Shown here piece after piece: positions 9,162 through 18,651 of a stretch of DNA of 32,000 nucleotides. Under the pieces are notes generated by a model. The model searched no databases. It had not been told where the DNA came from and was given only the letters and a program-made list of their open reading frames with translations. The first letter of the stretch is position 1. The number at the start of each line of letters is the position of its first letter. The translations under genes and the position numbers were made by a program. Origin of the DNA: Cenarchaeum sp. (GTDB lineage: Archaea > Thermoproteota > Nitrososphaeria > Nitrososphaerales > Nitrosopumilaceae); contig OY843584.1 in NCBI GenBank assembly GCA_963692915.1, positions 1,248,000 through 1,279,999 on the forward strand, given 5' to 3'.

Positions 9162-11010
9162 CCCGTCGACCTCGTTCAACCAGATATCGCCAAGCGAGTT
9201 CTTTTACAGGAACCGCGACTTGGCAGGGTTCAGCAATCCGACGCGCTCGCTCTACACGGCAGTCAGGGAGTTCGTCGAGAACTCCCTTGACGCGTGCGAC
9301 CGCAGCGGGACGCTGCCAAACGTCCACCTCTCGATAAAGGCAGTCGACCCCGAGGGCACAGACCCACGGCACTATATGCTCACCGTGACTGACAATGGGC
9401 CGGGAATCCCCTCAAAGCACGTGCCCCTCGCGTTTGGAACCGTCCTCTATGGCTCAAAGTTCGTCCTCCAGCAGACTCGCGGGATGTTTGGCCTTGGCGC
9501 GACGATGGCAATACTCTACGGCCAGATAACTACAAACAGCGCTGTGCACGTAAAGAGCTCGACGGATGGCGAGACGCGCGATGAGTACGAGATGCTTCTT
9601 GACATACAAAAAAACAAGCCCGTCATACAAAAGCACGTGACAGTTCCGACAAAGTCAAGGGGCCTGAGCGTGAGCATCTGCCTAGAGGGCGATTACACAA
9701 AGGCAGGCGCCAAGATACGCGATTATGTTCACAAGACGGCCATCATCACGCCTTATGCGACGCTGACGTTTGATGACCCAAAGGGCAAGAGGTACACGTA
9801 TCCACGAATAATAAAGTCAATGCCACTACCGCCGACGATCATCATGCCGCACCCCTATGGCGTGGATGTTGAGACGATACGGCGCATGGTCGTCGAGAGC
9901 ATGGTCGGCATCCCCGCGATGGACGAAAAGATGATGGCTCGCCTGCGCCGCGAGCTAAAGGTAAAGACGCTGACACGCGATGCAGTCCTAAAGGCTGCCA
10001 AGCGCAGGTGGAAGGAGATCACGCGCAACACAAAGATTGCAGTTACACTAATGTCGATCCTAGAGATAGAGCCGGCCCGCCTCGACAGAATACGCGTTGA
10101 GGACATCAATATCACGCGCGGCGAGATCACGTACTGGGACTTTGCGACATCAAAGTCAGTGAGTGTAAAGCTGGATCCCGAGGGCGAGTATTACTCGCAG
10201 CTTGCACACATGGTTCAGGGCGAGACGCTAGTCTCGATGCTCACAAAGAGGTTCCAGCGCGTGGGGCGCAAGACGGCCGAAAAATTTGCCACGTTTGCCG
10301 GATTCAAGCCAGAGGCGCGCCTCGGAAGCATGTCCAACACGGATCTCGTAAAGCTCAGCGACGCGCTCCAAAAGTTCACCGAGTTCAAGCCTCCGGATCC
10401 GCAGTGCCTCGCGCCGCTCGGTGACGATCCCCTCGAGCGCGGCATAAGGCGGTCGCTAAATCCCGATTTTTGCGCCGTCGTCCAGAGGCCTGCCTCGGCG
10501 TACTCGGGGTTTCCCTTTGTCATCGAGCTTGGGGTCGCGTATGGCGGCGACGTGCCAACTGACGGGCCGAGGGTCTACAGGTACGCAAACCGCATACCGC
10601 TCCTGTACGACGAGGGCAGCGACGTCGTCTTAAAGGTCATCGGGGACATTGACTGGCCACGCTACAAGATAAAGGGGGATCCCCCGCTCGTCATAGTCTC
10701 GCACATATGCTCAACGCGCATACCCTACAAGACTGTAGGAAAGGAGAATGTCGCCGACCGCGCCGAGATAGAGCGCGAGCTGCGACTTGCGCTCCAATAC
10801 CTTTTGCGCAAGCTTGCAACATATATGTCAAAGAAGGGACAGGCCGAAAATGCCCGCAAACGGGCAGACCTTTACACAAAGTACATTCCGCTCATCGCGC
10901 AGTTTTGCACCGAGCTGGCCGGGAAAAAGAAAAAGCCCGCATACGAGCAGATGCTAAAGGAGACGCGCGCAGGCATTGATGATCAGGGCGAGTCGACCCC
11001 AAAGTCCTAG
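9154..11010 (+). CDS. top6B: Type II DNA topoisomerase VI subunit B
   Basis: GHKL ATPase motifs VREFVENSLDACD, VTDNGPGIPSKHVPLAFGTVLYGSKF, QTRGMFGLGATMAILYGQ. Confidence 0.96.
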   Translation: MSSPSTSFNQISPSEFFYRNRDLAGFSNPTRSLYTAVREFVENSLDACDRSGTLPNVHLSIKAVDPEGTDPRHYMLTVTDNGPGIPSKHVPLAFGTVLYGSKFVLQQTRGMFGLGATMAILYGQITTNSAVHVKSSTDGETRDEYEMLLDIQKNKPVIQKHVTVPTKSRGLSVSICLEGDYTKAGAKIRDYVHKTAIITPYATLTFDDPKGKRYTYPRIIKSMPLPPTIIMPHPYGVDVETIRRMVVESMVGIPAMDEKMMARLRRELKVKTLTRDAVLKAAKRRWKEITRNTKIAVTLMSILEIEPARLDRIRVEDINITRGEITYWDFATSKSVSVKLDPEGEYYSQLAHMVQGETLVSMLTKRFQRVGRKTAEKFATFAGFKPEARLGSMSNTDLVKLSDALQKFTEFKPPDPQCLAPLGDDPLERGIRRSLNPDFCAVVQRPASAYSGFPFVIELGVAYGGDVPTDGPRVYRYANRIPLLYDEGSDVVLKVIGDIDWPRYKIKGDPPLVIVSHICSTRIPYKTVGKENVADRAEIERELRLALQYLLRKLATYMSKKGQAENARKRADLYTKYIPLIAQFCTELAGKKKKPAYEQMLKETRAGIDDQGESTPKS

Positions 11011-12086
11011 CCCATGAGATCCCTTATTGCGAGAAGGAGCCTCGAGTTTGCCTCATGCGTGCCTATCGTCGCGCGCATGCATCCCGTGCGCCCGCCGACC
11101 TTGCCGATCATGCGCACCGATATTCCCTGCTCGGCTAGTGCGGTGTGAACCTGCCTGTGCGCCTTTCCCGCATCAAAGAGGACAAAGTTTGCCTGCGAGC
11201 CAAACGCGTCGATCGCATCATGCGAGGAGAGCGCGCGTGTCACGCGATCCCTCTCGGATATGGTCGTCTTTACGGCATTCCTCATCGCCGCCAGGCTCCC
11301 GTCATCAAGTGATGCTATCGCCGCCTCTATTGAGACCGAGGAGATGGGGTACGGGTACTGGAGCGTCGAGCCAAAGGGTTCGGCCATCTCGCGCGGCGCG
11401 ATCGCATAGCCGACGCGCAGGCCCGCGAGGCCAAAGGACTTTGACATTGTCCTCACGACGATCAGGTTCTCCTGCGAGCGGGCCATCGTGGCAAGCGAAT
11501 AGCGCGCAAACTCGGCGTATGCCTCATCAACGATAACGAGACCGTCAAATGACTTGATGAGGCGGCGCAGTCGGCGCTCGGGGAACTGGAATCCCGTGGG
11601 ATTGTTTGGCGAGTCGAGATATATCGCATCGGCCTTGCGCGCTGCCTCCTCGACGGCTCCCATGTCCACAGTCATGTCATGCCCAAAGGGGACGCGATCC
11701 AGGCGCATGCCGTGAAGGGCGCAGCGAGCCTCAAAGAAGGAGAACGTCGGCTCTGTCACTAGTATGCGTGAGCGGCGCGCGAGGAGGTGGGAGACGGCAA
11801 GGTCGAGTATCTGATCAGAGCCGTTTCCAACGATAATGTTCCCTGCGGGCACGCCGACATAGTTGGCCAGAGCCGCGGCAAGTCGCGCAGCACCGCCGTC
11901 TGGATACTCTCGCACGTCAGTCGTGCGACGTGCAACGCCAAGTGCGGCCTGCGGGACTGCTTTTGGGATGACGAAGTTCTCGTTTGTGTCAAGCCTTGCA
12001 GTCGTTCTCTGCGGGCGAACTGCCGGCGTGTATGAGCCGGTCTGGTGTATGGCGTCGATGCGCTTGGCGAGTGCGGCGCGGCTCAG
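11007..12086 (-). CDS. hisC: Histidinol-phosphate aminotransferase; 5' end probably a CTG codon
   Basis: NGSDQILDLAVSHLL, YLDSPNNPTGFQFP, VIVDEAYAEFA, VRTMSKSFGLAGLRVGYAIA. Manual upstream extension gives LSRAALAKRIDAIHQTGSYTPAVRPQRTTARLDTNENFVIPKAVPQAALGVARRTTDVREYP, which contains the expected D/N-x-NEN region missing from the track ORF (start 11915). Confidence 0.85.
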   Translation of the reverse strand: MSRAALAKRIDAIHQTGSYTPAVRPQRTTARLDTNENFVIPKAVPQAALGVARRTTDVREYPDGGAARLAAALANYVGVPAGNIIVGNGSDQILDLAVSHLLARRSRILVTEPTFSFFEARCALHGMRLDRVPFGHDMTVDMGAVEEAARKADAIYLDSPNNPTGFQFPERRLRRLIKSFDGLVIVDEAYAEFARYSLATMARSQENLIVVRTMSKSFGLAGLRVGYAIAPREMAEPFGSTLQYPYPISSVSIEAAIASLDDGSLAAMRNAVKTTISERDRVTRALSSHDAIDAFGSQANFVLFDAGKAHRQVHTALAEQGISVRMIGKVGGRTGCMRATIGTHEANSRLLLAIRDLMG

Positions 12087-13366
12087 CGTAAGCGCCCCCT
12101 GACTGCCGCAGAGTGGGCCGGGAGACCCTCTGCTGCGGCTAGCACGTCAATGTGCGGCATTACGTCGCGCAACGCAGCACGCGAGGCTCGTGCAGACACG
12201 CGCAGCTTTACAAAGTCGATCACCGAGAGCGGGCCGCGCGCACGACCACCGCGGCCGGTGGGGAGTATGTGGTTTGAGCCGAGCGCATAGTCGCTTGCCG
12301 CCGAGGGCGTGTCACCTAGGAGAACCATTCCAGCCGAGCGCACGTCAGCAGCATCACGCGCAGCCGAGCGCGTCATGACCTGCACATGCTCGGGTGCCAT
12401 GATATCGGCTAGGCGCAGGGCATCGGCGCGCGACTTGCAGACTGCGATAAACGCGTTCTTTGAGAGGCTTGTCCTGATGATCGCCGATCGGGCTGATGAG
12501 GCGATGGTGTCACCAAGGAGTGCGGCGACCTTGTGCGCGAGACGCTCAGAGTCAGTTGCCAAAAAGCAGCGCGCATCACCACTGTGCTCGGCCTGCGAGA
12601 CGAGGTCAAGCGCGATGTGGCGCGGGGAGGCCGACGAGTCGGCGACTATGCCAAGCTCTGTAGGACCGGCCGTCATGTCTATTGCAGTTGTGCCCGAGAC
12701 GAGCGACTTTGCCGCAGCGACGTACGGGCCGCCGGGACCAACAATCTTGTCGACTGGCCGGATAGTGCGCGTTCCGTGAGCCATCGCAGCTATCGCATGC
12801 GCGCCGCCCATGCGATAGATCTCTGTGGCTCCGCAGATGTCGGCGGCCACGAGCGTGAGCGCGTCGATCTCGCCGTCACGGGCCGGCGGCGAGGCGACTG
12901 CTATACGGGGCACGCCGGCTATGCGCGCAGGGACTATGGACATGATGGCCGAGCTAGGATATCGAGCCGCTCCGCCTGGCACATAGCATCCGACGCTCCG
13001 GAGGGGAACGAACTCGCGCCGTACGTGCACGCCGGCCGTGCGCGTCGTGCCTGCACGGAGGAGCCTCCTTGTTGCCGCCTCGGCGGCTCCCAGGCGCGAG
13101 GCCACGGCACGGATCGCCGCAATCTCGTGGCGCGACACGCGCGCGTGTGCGGCGCGAATCTGCGAGCGCGTGACCCTGAGTGCCGCCGGCCGTGCGGCGC
13201 CAAACTTGCGCTCATAGCGCATGATGGCCGTATCGCCCCCGCGAACCACGCCGGCGATTATGGCAAAGACGTCGTGTTCAAGACGCGCGCTGCGCGAAAC
13301 CGGCCATGCGTGTGCCGCAAAGCGCTCAACATCACGAACGACGCGCACGGCCACGGGTGGGCGCAC
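12083..13366 (-). CDS. hisD: Histidinol dehydrogenase
   Basis: VGCYVPGGAARYPSSAIM, KIVGPGGPYVAAAKSLV, DMTAGPTELGIVAD, LVSQAEHSGDA, APEHVQVMT. Confidence 0.94.
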   Translation of the reverse strand: MRPPVAVRVVRDVERFAAHAWPVSRSARLEHDVFAIIAGVVRGGDTAIMRYERKFGAARPAALRVTRSQIRAAHARVSRHEIAAIRAVASRLGAAEAATRRLLRAGTTRTAGVHVRREFVPLRSVGCYVPGGAARYPSSAIMSIVPARIAGVPRIAVASPPARDGEIDALTLVAADICGATEIYRMGGAHAIAAMAHGTRTIRPVDKIVGPGGPYVAAAKSLVSGTTAIDMTAGPTELGIVADSSASPRHIALDLVSQAEHSGDARCFLATDSERLAHKVAALLGDTIASSARSAIIRTSLSKNAFIAVCKSRADALRLADIMAPEHVQVMTRSAARDAADVRSAGMVLLGDTPSAASDYALGSNHILPTGRGGRARGPLSVIDFVKLRVSARASRAALRDVMPHIDVLAAAEGLPAHSAAVRGRLR

Positions 13367-13369
13367 GCG

Positions 13370-14404
13370 CTATCGCCTCTTTTTTGCACGCCGGCCGGCC
13401 TGTGGACGCCGACGGGCATGCTCGTGGCCGGTCTCGGCGCGGCTAATCTCCTCGAGCTCCAATATCTGGCGCGGCTCGTGGACGACGAGACCCTGCGCAA
13501 GGCGGCGAACCTTTGGGATTAGCGCGTGGTACTCGGACTTTTTGACGACGGTATTGACGCCGTACCAGCCGTCCTCGCCGAGCGGGCTGATAGTCGGGCG
13601 CTTTAGTGATGGAATTGCCGCAAGGAGCCTAGCCAGGTTGCGCTTTTCGACGTTTAGGTACACGTGAAGGTACTTTTTGCCGTGAACCGCACCGCGCAGC
13701 ATGGTCACAATGTCAAATATCTTTTCGCGTTTTTTTGCATCACGCATAGAGTCACGGTTTGCGATGAGGTGCGCCGTGGACACCAGGACATCATCGCCTA
13801 TCTTTAGCTTGTTCTGCGTCAGCGTCGTGCCCGTCTCGGTGACATCAAGTATCGCATCAACGTCCTCAGGTGGTTTTGCCTCAGTTGCGCCAAACGAGAG
13901 GTGGATCTGGACGGCCTTGTTGGTGCCCGTTCGCAACCACGGTGTGACTATTAGCGGCTCGCGTGAGCCAAAGCGCCTCTTGTATGACGCGCATGACTTT
14001 ACAAACCGTGCCGTGGTCGTGAGGTACTCGGTAGATATGCGCAATGTGCGACCTTTTTTGGCATAGTCGGCGATCATCGAGTCAAGGCCGGCGTATCGCG
14101 AATTTGGGAATGCGGTGACTAGGCGGACGCGCCCGTACTCTAGGTCAAGGAGCTCCTCCACGTCGGCGCGCGCCTCGCCGACCCAGTCATTGCCCGTGAT
14201 TCCGACATCATAGAGACCCTCTGCGACTAGTGTCGGGATCTCTTGAGGGCGCAACATCTTTACTGTTATCTGCGGGTCATCAAGGTATACCCTGTACGTG
14301 CGATCCTTGCGCCTCACGCAAGTCCACGAGCGCTCGAGAAGGCGAAACGTCGAGTCCTCAAGGCTCCCCTTTGGTATGGCAAGTCTTACGGCCATCGGTG
14401 CCAC
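13370..14404 (-). CDS. hisG: ATP phosphoribosyltransferase (long form)
   Basis: VRLAIPKGSLEDSTFRLL, VEEGLYDVGITGNDWV-type segment, DAILDVTETGTTLTQNKLKI. TATATA about 30 nt upstream. Confidence 0.93.
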   Translation of the reverse strand: MAPMAVRLAIPKGSLEDSTFRLLERSWTCVRRKDRTYRVYLDDPQITVKMLRPQEIPTLVAEGLYDVGITGNDWVGEARADVEELLDLEYGRVRLVTAFPNSRYAGLDSMIADYAKKGRTLRISTEYLTTTARFVKSCASYKRRFGSREPLIVTPWLRTGTNKAVQIHLSFGATEAKPPEDVDAILDVTETGTTLTQNKLKIGDDVLVSTAHLIANRDSMRDAKKREKIFDIVTMLRGAVHGKKYLHVYLNVEKRNLARLLAAIPSLKRPTISPLGEDGWYGVNTVVKKSEYHALIPKVRRLAQGLVVHEPRQILELEEISRAETGHEHARRRPQAGRRAKKRR

Positions 14405-14418
14405 GGCGATGCGGGCAG

Positions 14419-14730
14419 CTATATATCTAGTGCACGGGCGAGCCGCACCTCGCGCTTCCTCCTCTTGTGCTCCAGCGACGCCGACGGCGGCGGCGTGTTG
14501 GAGTTCTGGTAGTACGACAGCGTGCGCCTCATCGTCCCGACCTCCGCCTCCAGCTCGGCGATCCTCTCGTCCCGCACACCGATCTCGCCCTTCAGCTCGG
14601 CAACACTCTCCTGCAGCTCGCTAATCTTCCTGTCCCGCGCCCTGGCCCGCTCCTCGGAGGCACTGAACATGCCCCGGAGCTGTGCCAACTCGTGGCCTGG
14701 CTCCCCACGCTCGCGCCGTTTGCCCTTCAC
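14419..14730 (-). CDS. Small coiled-coil protein resembling the N-terminal helix plus Pro-rich motif of IS66-like transposases
   Basis: ISELQESVAELKGEIGVRDERIAELEAEVGTMRRTLSYYQNSNTPPPSASLEHKRRKRE; GTG start; no DDE domain nearby. Confidence 0.6.
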   Translation of the reverse strand: MKGKRRERGEPGHELAQLRGMFSASEERARARDRKISELQESVAELKGEIGVRDERIAELEAEVGTMRRTLSYYQNSNTPPPSASLEHKRRKREVRLARALDI

Positions 14731-14832
14731 GTCCCGGCGTGCGCCGCCGCGGTAAATGGATCGGCAGGATCGCGCCTATTTGACCAAAAGGGGAGGAGGT
14801 GCTGACCTCATACGCTCAACGTTGTGCGTGCG

Positions 14833-16101
14833 CTAGGCTTCGGCACTGCGCGCAGTGCCGAGTATCTCCCTGGCGCGACCCTCTGATATGTCACCCTCCT
14901 TGACCATCTGTTTGGCAATGGCCGCGGCACGATCGGGGCGTGCGCCGGCCGCAATGGCAAGATTTCTCGCATGGAGGCGCATATGGCCTGCCTGTATTCC
15001 CGTCGTCACTAGCGCACGCATTGCCGAATAGTTCTGCGCGAGTCCCGCGGCGGCCATGATGCACGCAAGGTCGCCTGAGGAGGAGACACGCATGATCTTT
15101 GCGCACACACGAGCAGTCGCGTGAATCCCCGATATGCCACCGATGATCCCGACTGCGAGCGGAATTTCGAGGCGTCCGACGAGGTTCCCGTTCTCATCAA
15201 CTGACCACTCGCTAAGTGACGAATACACGCCGCTGCGCGCGGCGTGCGCGTGGGCCGCAGCCTCGATCGCGCGCACGTCCTGGCCCACTGCCGAGGCGAC
15301 TGCGACAATCCCGTTCATGATCCCCTTGTTGTGCGTTACTGCGCGATACATGTCATGCTTTGCGAGCTGGTGGGCGAGTATCATGTCATTTACCGTGCCG
15401 CTACCCCCAACCTCGGACTTTTCAAACACGGCAGTCACGCTAACCGTGCGTCGTGTCGAATAGTTTGAGAGGATTCGCATTAGCGCGCGGCCCTTCGTTG
15501 CGGTCTCGATCACTGGTGCAGCAGCCTCACACATTGAGTTTGTCGCGTTGGCTCCCATTGCGTCGCCGACGTCGACGTCGATCTCGACGACTAGCTGTTC
15601 AGGGCCGTCGGTCTTTACTCGCCGGCACGAGACGGACTTTGCTCCGTGGCCAAGTCGCGGAAGCGTGCGACTCGCCGAGTTTGCCGCATCGAGGATTGCG
15701 TCGGCAGCATCGGCAACCCTCGCCTCGGCATCACTCGCATAGTCGCCAGTCACCTGAACCTGCCCGATCATGTGGGCGTCGCCGGCGCGCGCACTAAACC
15801 CGCCTGTCGCGCGCGCAGCCTTTGCGCCACGCGAGGCCGCCGCGATAACGGAGGATTCCTCAGTGGCCATTGGGACGATCACGTCGCGCGAGTTGACCAC
15901 AAAGTTCGTCGCCATGCCAAGCGGAACCCCAAACGTGCCTACGGCATTCTCGACCATCGAGTCGGCCTCTCCAAACGCAATCCCGCCGGCGCCGGACAGG
16001 ACTGCAATGTCCCCATCATCAAGCGAGGCGGCCTCACGGAGCGCCGTGAGGCGCTCGTCGCGATCCCTCCTAAAGAATCCCGGCAGTGACGAGCCGGCCA
16101 T
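14833..16101 (-). CDS. hmgA: 3-hydroxy-3-methylglutaryl-CoA reductase
   Basis: IVPMATEESSVIAAASRGAKAARATGGF, VDVGDAMGANATNSMCEAA, ILSNYSTRRTVSV, THNKGIMNGIVAVASAVGQD. Confidence 0.95.
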   Translation of the reverse strand: MAGSSLPGFFRRDRDERLTALREAASLDDGDIAVLSGAGGIAFGEADSMVENAVGTFGVPLGMATNFVVNSRDVIVPMATEESSVIAAASRGAKAARATGGFSARAGDAHMIGQVQVTGDYASDAEARVADAADAILDAANSASRTLPRLGHGAKSVSCRRVKTDGPEQLVVEIDVDVGDAMGANATNSMCEAAAPVIETATKGRALMRILSNYSTRRTVSVTAVFEKSEVGGSGTVNDMILAHQLAKHDMYRAVTHNKGIMNGIVAVASAVGQDVRAIEAAAHAHAARSGVYSSLSEWSVDENGNLVGRLEIPLAVGIIGGISGIHATARVCAKIMRVSSSGDLACIMAAAGLAQNYSAMRALVTTGIQAGHMRLHARNLAIAAGARPDRAAAIAKQMVKEGDISEGRAREILGTARSAEA

Positions 16102-16102
16102 G

Positions 16103-17191
16103 CTAGCGAACTACCTCTATGAGGCGGTCATCCTCGTCGTCGGCAAACCCGCCCGAGTCAGTGTTTGACGTTATCGCATAGAGCGTGCCGTCTGGCCCGC
16201 CGGCCACGTCGCGCATGCGGCCCAGGCCGCTGAAAACCGTGCCCTGCTCGCCGGTTCCAAGGTCGATTGCGTGTATAGTTCCGGCGCGCAGCGCGGCCAC
16301 CATCACGTGGCCCTCGTCACCCAGCGCTCCGCCACCATACACTGCAATGCCGCCGATTCCAAGTGCGGGATCAAAGCACGCAGCGGCGCCCGTGTGTGAC
16401 GCGCCAGCGCACTCTTCATCGGGCCATCCGTGGTTGGCGCCGGCCTCGACAATGTTGAGCTCGTCATTCTTTGTTGGTCCGGCATCAGCGGCTATCATGC
16501 GCCCGTCGACATCCCACGAGATCCCGCGCACGTCGCGAAATCCCGACGCGTAGACTGGCGAGTCGGCCACAGGGTTGCCGTCTGGCACTGACCCGTCGGG
16601 GCGCACGCGAAGTATCTTGCCGGCCAGCGAGCCTGCATCCTGCGCGAGGCCTGATGAGTCAGACGTCGAGCCCGTCCCGATATACAGCATGCCGTCTGGT
16701 CCGATGGCGAGTGCGCCGCCGTTGGAAAAGTTGGAGCCCGGTATTTGCTCAATTACGGTGCCCACATCAGACGCCCTGCTCCCGTCCTCGCGGATCCACA
16801 TCACCCTGTTCCAGAGCTCGCCGGCCTCCTCGTACGTGACATACGCATAGAGTGTCATGCCGCCGTCGGGTTCGGTGTGCGTGGCAAGACCAACGAGTCC
16901 GGCGTCATGCGAGCCGGCCGCGCGGAGTGTGATTAGCGGGCGCTCAAGCAGCGCGCCGTCCTCAACAACCCTGATCGAACCGCCCCTCTCGGCGACAAAG
17001 ATGCGCTCGGCGTGCGTGGCAATTGCGCGTGGCTCATCGAGTCCGGATGCGAGAACCGCAGCATAGTCGCTGCCTTTCTCCAACGTCGTCGTGGGGGGCG
17101 GCAGCGGCACGCCTTGTGAGGGCGAGAGGAGTATTATCGCCGAGACTGCCACAGCGCCGGCGATTCCGGCAATCCTAAGTCGCCTGTCCAT
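16103..17191 (-). CDS. Secreted glucose/sorbosone (PQQ-dependent sugar) dehydrogenase-like beta-propeller protein
   Basis: Signal peptide-like N-term. Repeats including GLDEPRAIATHAERIFVAERGGSIRVV, GGALAIGPDGMLYIGTGSTSDSSGLAQD, GYRNPRG-like YASGFRDVRGISWDVDGRMIAADAGP. Confidence 0.85.
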   Translation of the reverse strand: MDRRLRIAGIAGAVAVSAIILLSPSQGVPLPPPTTTLEKGSDYAAVLASGLDEPRAIATHAERIFVAERGGSIRVVEDGALLERPLITLRAAGSHDAGLVGLATHTEPDGGMTLYAYVTYEEAGELWNRVMWIREDGSRASDVGTVIEQIPGSNFSNGGALAIGPDGMLYIGTGSTSDSSGLAQDAGSLAGKILRVRPDGSVPDGNPVADSPVYASGFRDVRGISWDVDGRMIAADAGPTKNDELNIVEAGANHGWPDEECAGASHTGAAACFDPALGIGGIAVYGGGALGDEGHVMVAALRAGTIHAIDLGTGEQGTVFSGLGRMRDVAGGPDGTLYAITSNTDSGGFADDEDDRLIEVVR

Positions 17192-17289
17192 CGTCGAGCC
17201 GCCGGCGCACGTGCGCTCCTATTAATCCCACGCCGCGAGCCGCCGCGTGTTTGCGCGTTAATATATGGGAATTTGGTCACGCACGCGCC

Positions 17290-17343
17290 ATGAGCAGGGC
17301 GTGCCCACACGTGTGGCTTTTGTGCAGGTGTCGTGCGCGATGA
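17290..17343 (+). CDS. Candidate 17-codon upstream ORF of dnaJ
   Basis: MSRACPHVWLLCRCRAR*. ATG lies 32 nt after the first base of TTAATATATGG (17258-17268); its TGA overlaps the dnaJ ATG (ATGA). Confidence 0.35.
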   Translation: MSRACPHVWLLCRCRAR

Positions 17344-18416
17344 GCGCAAAGCGTGACTATTACGAGGTTTTGGGCATCTCGCGCGACGCGCAGCCTGAGG
17401 AGATAAAAAGGCAGTACAGAAAGCTCGCGCTAAAGTTCCATCCAGACAGGAACAAGTCAGCTGACGCACAGGAGCACTTTAAGGAGATTTCTGAGGCATA
17501 TGCCGTCATATCCGACAAGAAAAAGCGCCAGATATACGACACGCACGGCCATGCAGGCATAGACGGCCAGTACAGCACCGAGGACATGTTTAGCGGAGCT
17601 AGCTTTTCTGACATATTCGCCAACACCAACTTTTCTGACATGTTCGGCGGTGGCAGGGGCAGCACGATGTTCGAGTCACTCTTTGGCGGCGGCGAGCCGG
17701 GACGCGGCAGGGATCTCCTCTGCGAGGTGAGCATGACGCTAGAGGACGTCCTGCACGGCAAGACAGTCGAGCTTGACATCAAAAAAGATGTAGAGTGCGA
17801 CTCGTGCCACGGTTCAGGCTCCAGTGACGGGAGGCGCGAGACGTGCTCGGCGTGCGGCGGGCGCGGAAGGGTTCAGTATGGAAGGCAGTCCGGCTATGCG
17901 TCATTTGTCACGGTGGGCCCGTGCAGGGCATGCGGCGCGTCTGGAACGATCGTAAAGGATCCGTGCAAAAAGTGTTCGGGGGCAGGCAAGAGGCACGGCA
18001 CACGTCACGTGAGTCGTCTCATCCCGCCCGGAACAACAGATGGCGATTATTACCTAAAGGGCGAGGGCGAGTATGTCCCGGGAGACCAGAGCGGCGACCT
18101 TGTCTTTCGCGTCAGTGTCAGGAGGCATGAGCACTTTGTGCGTGACGGAGCCGACCTTGTCCATGCGCTTGACATATCGATGGTCGATGCGGCACTCGGC
18201 AGCAAGGTTGACGTGCCGACGCTAGAGGGAACCAAGTCGATCAGCGTGCAGGCTGCAAGCCAGCACGGCCAGACCGTGACTGTCAGGGGAGAGGGCCTGC
18301 CCACTGGCCACGGTGGCCGACGCGGTGACCTACTCGTAAAGCTGAGGGTCACCGTGCCAAAAAAGCTCACAAAGGACCAAAAGCGCCTACTCGAGGAGTT
18401 TCGCGCACAGAGCTAG
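17340..18416 (+). CDS. dnaJ: Chaperone protein DnaJ (Hsp40)
   Basis: MSAKRDYYEVLGISRDAQPEEIKRQYRKLALKFHPDRN, HPD motif, four CxxCxGxG-type zinc motifs. Start moved from track start 17265. Confidence 0.95.
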   Translation: MSAKRDYYEVLGISRDAQPEEIKRQYRKLALKFHPDRNKSADAQEHFKEISEAYAVISDKKKRQIYDTHGHAGIDGQYSTEDMFSGASFSDIFANTNFSDMFGGGRGSTMFESLFGGGEPGRGRDLLCEVSMTLEDVLHGKTVELDIKKDVECDSCHGSGSSDGRRETCSACGGRGRVQYGRQSGYASFVTVGPCRACGASGTIVKDPCKKCSGAGKRHGTRHVSRLIPPGTTDGDYYLKGEGEYVPGDQSGDLVFRVSVRRHEHFVRDGADLVHALDISMVDAALGSKVDVPTLEGTKSISVQAASQHGQTVTVRGEGLPTGHGGRRGDLLVKLRVTVPKKLTKDQKRLLEEFRAQS

Positions 18417-18586
18417 TCGCCGCACGAGATGCGCAGCTCTATATCGTGACCCTCGCGGACGTGTGAGTTGTGTTGAGACCGTATGACCTCGCCTATGCGC
18501 TCGTCCGTATAGTATTTCCGGTTATAGCGGCCAATGACGCGCTCGCATTCCCTGCAGTATATGATCCTGTACTCGGTTGCGGCCAT
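18413..18586 (-). CDS. Small Cys/His-rich hypothetical protein, absent from the ORF track
   Basis: Manual translation MAATEYRIIYCRECERVIGRYNRKYYTDERIGEVIRSQHNSHVREGHDIELRISCGD*. Convergent with dnaJ through a shared CTAG. Confidence 0.65.
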   Translation of the reverse strand: MAATEYRIIYCRECERVIGRYNRKYYTDERIGEVIRSQHNSHVREGHDIELRISCGD

Positions 18587-18651
18587 CGTCGTGGGCGAAT
18601 ATGGCGTGCGGGTTAAAAACGCACTTATTCGGGCCGCCTTGCGGTGCGCGC

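Noticed and set aside
12533-13522. 329-aa plus-strand ORF
   Set aside because: Antisense to hisD/hisG with low-complexity Arg/Cys-rich translation; a shadow ORF typical of high GC.
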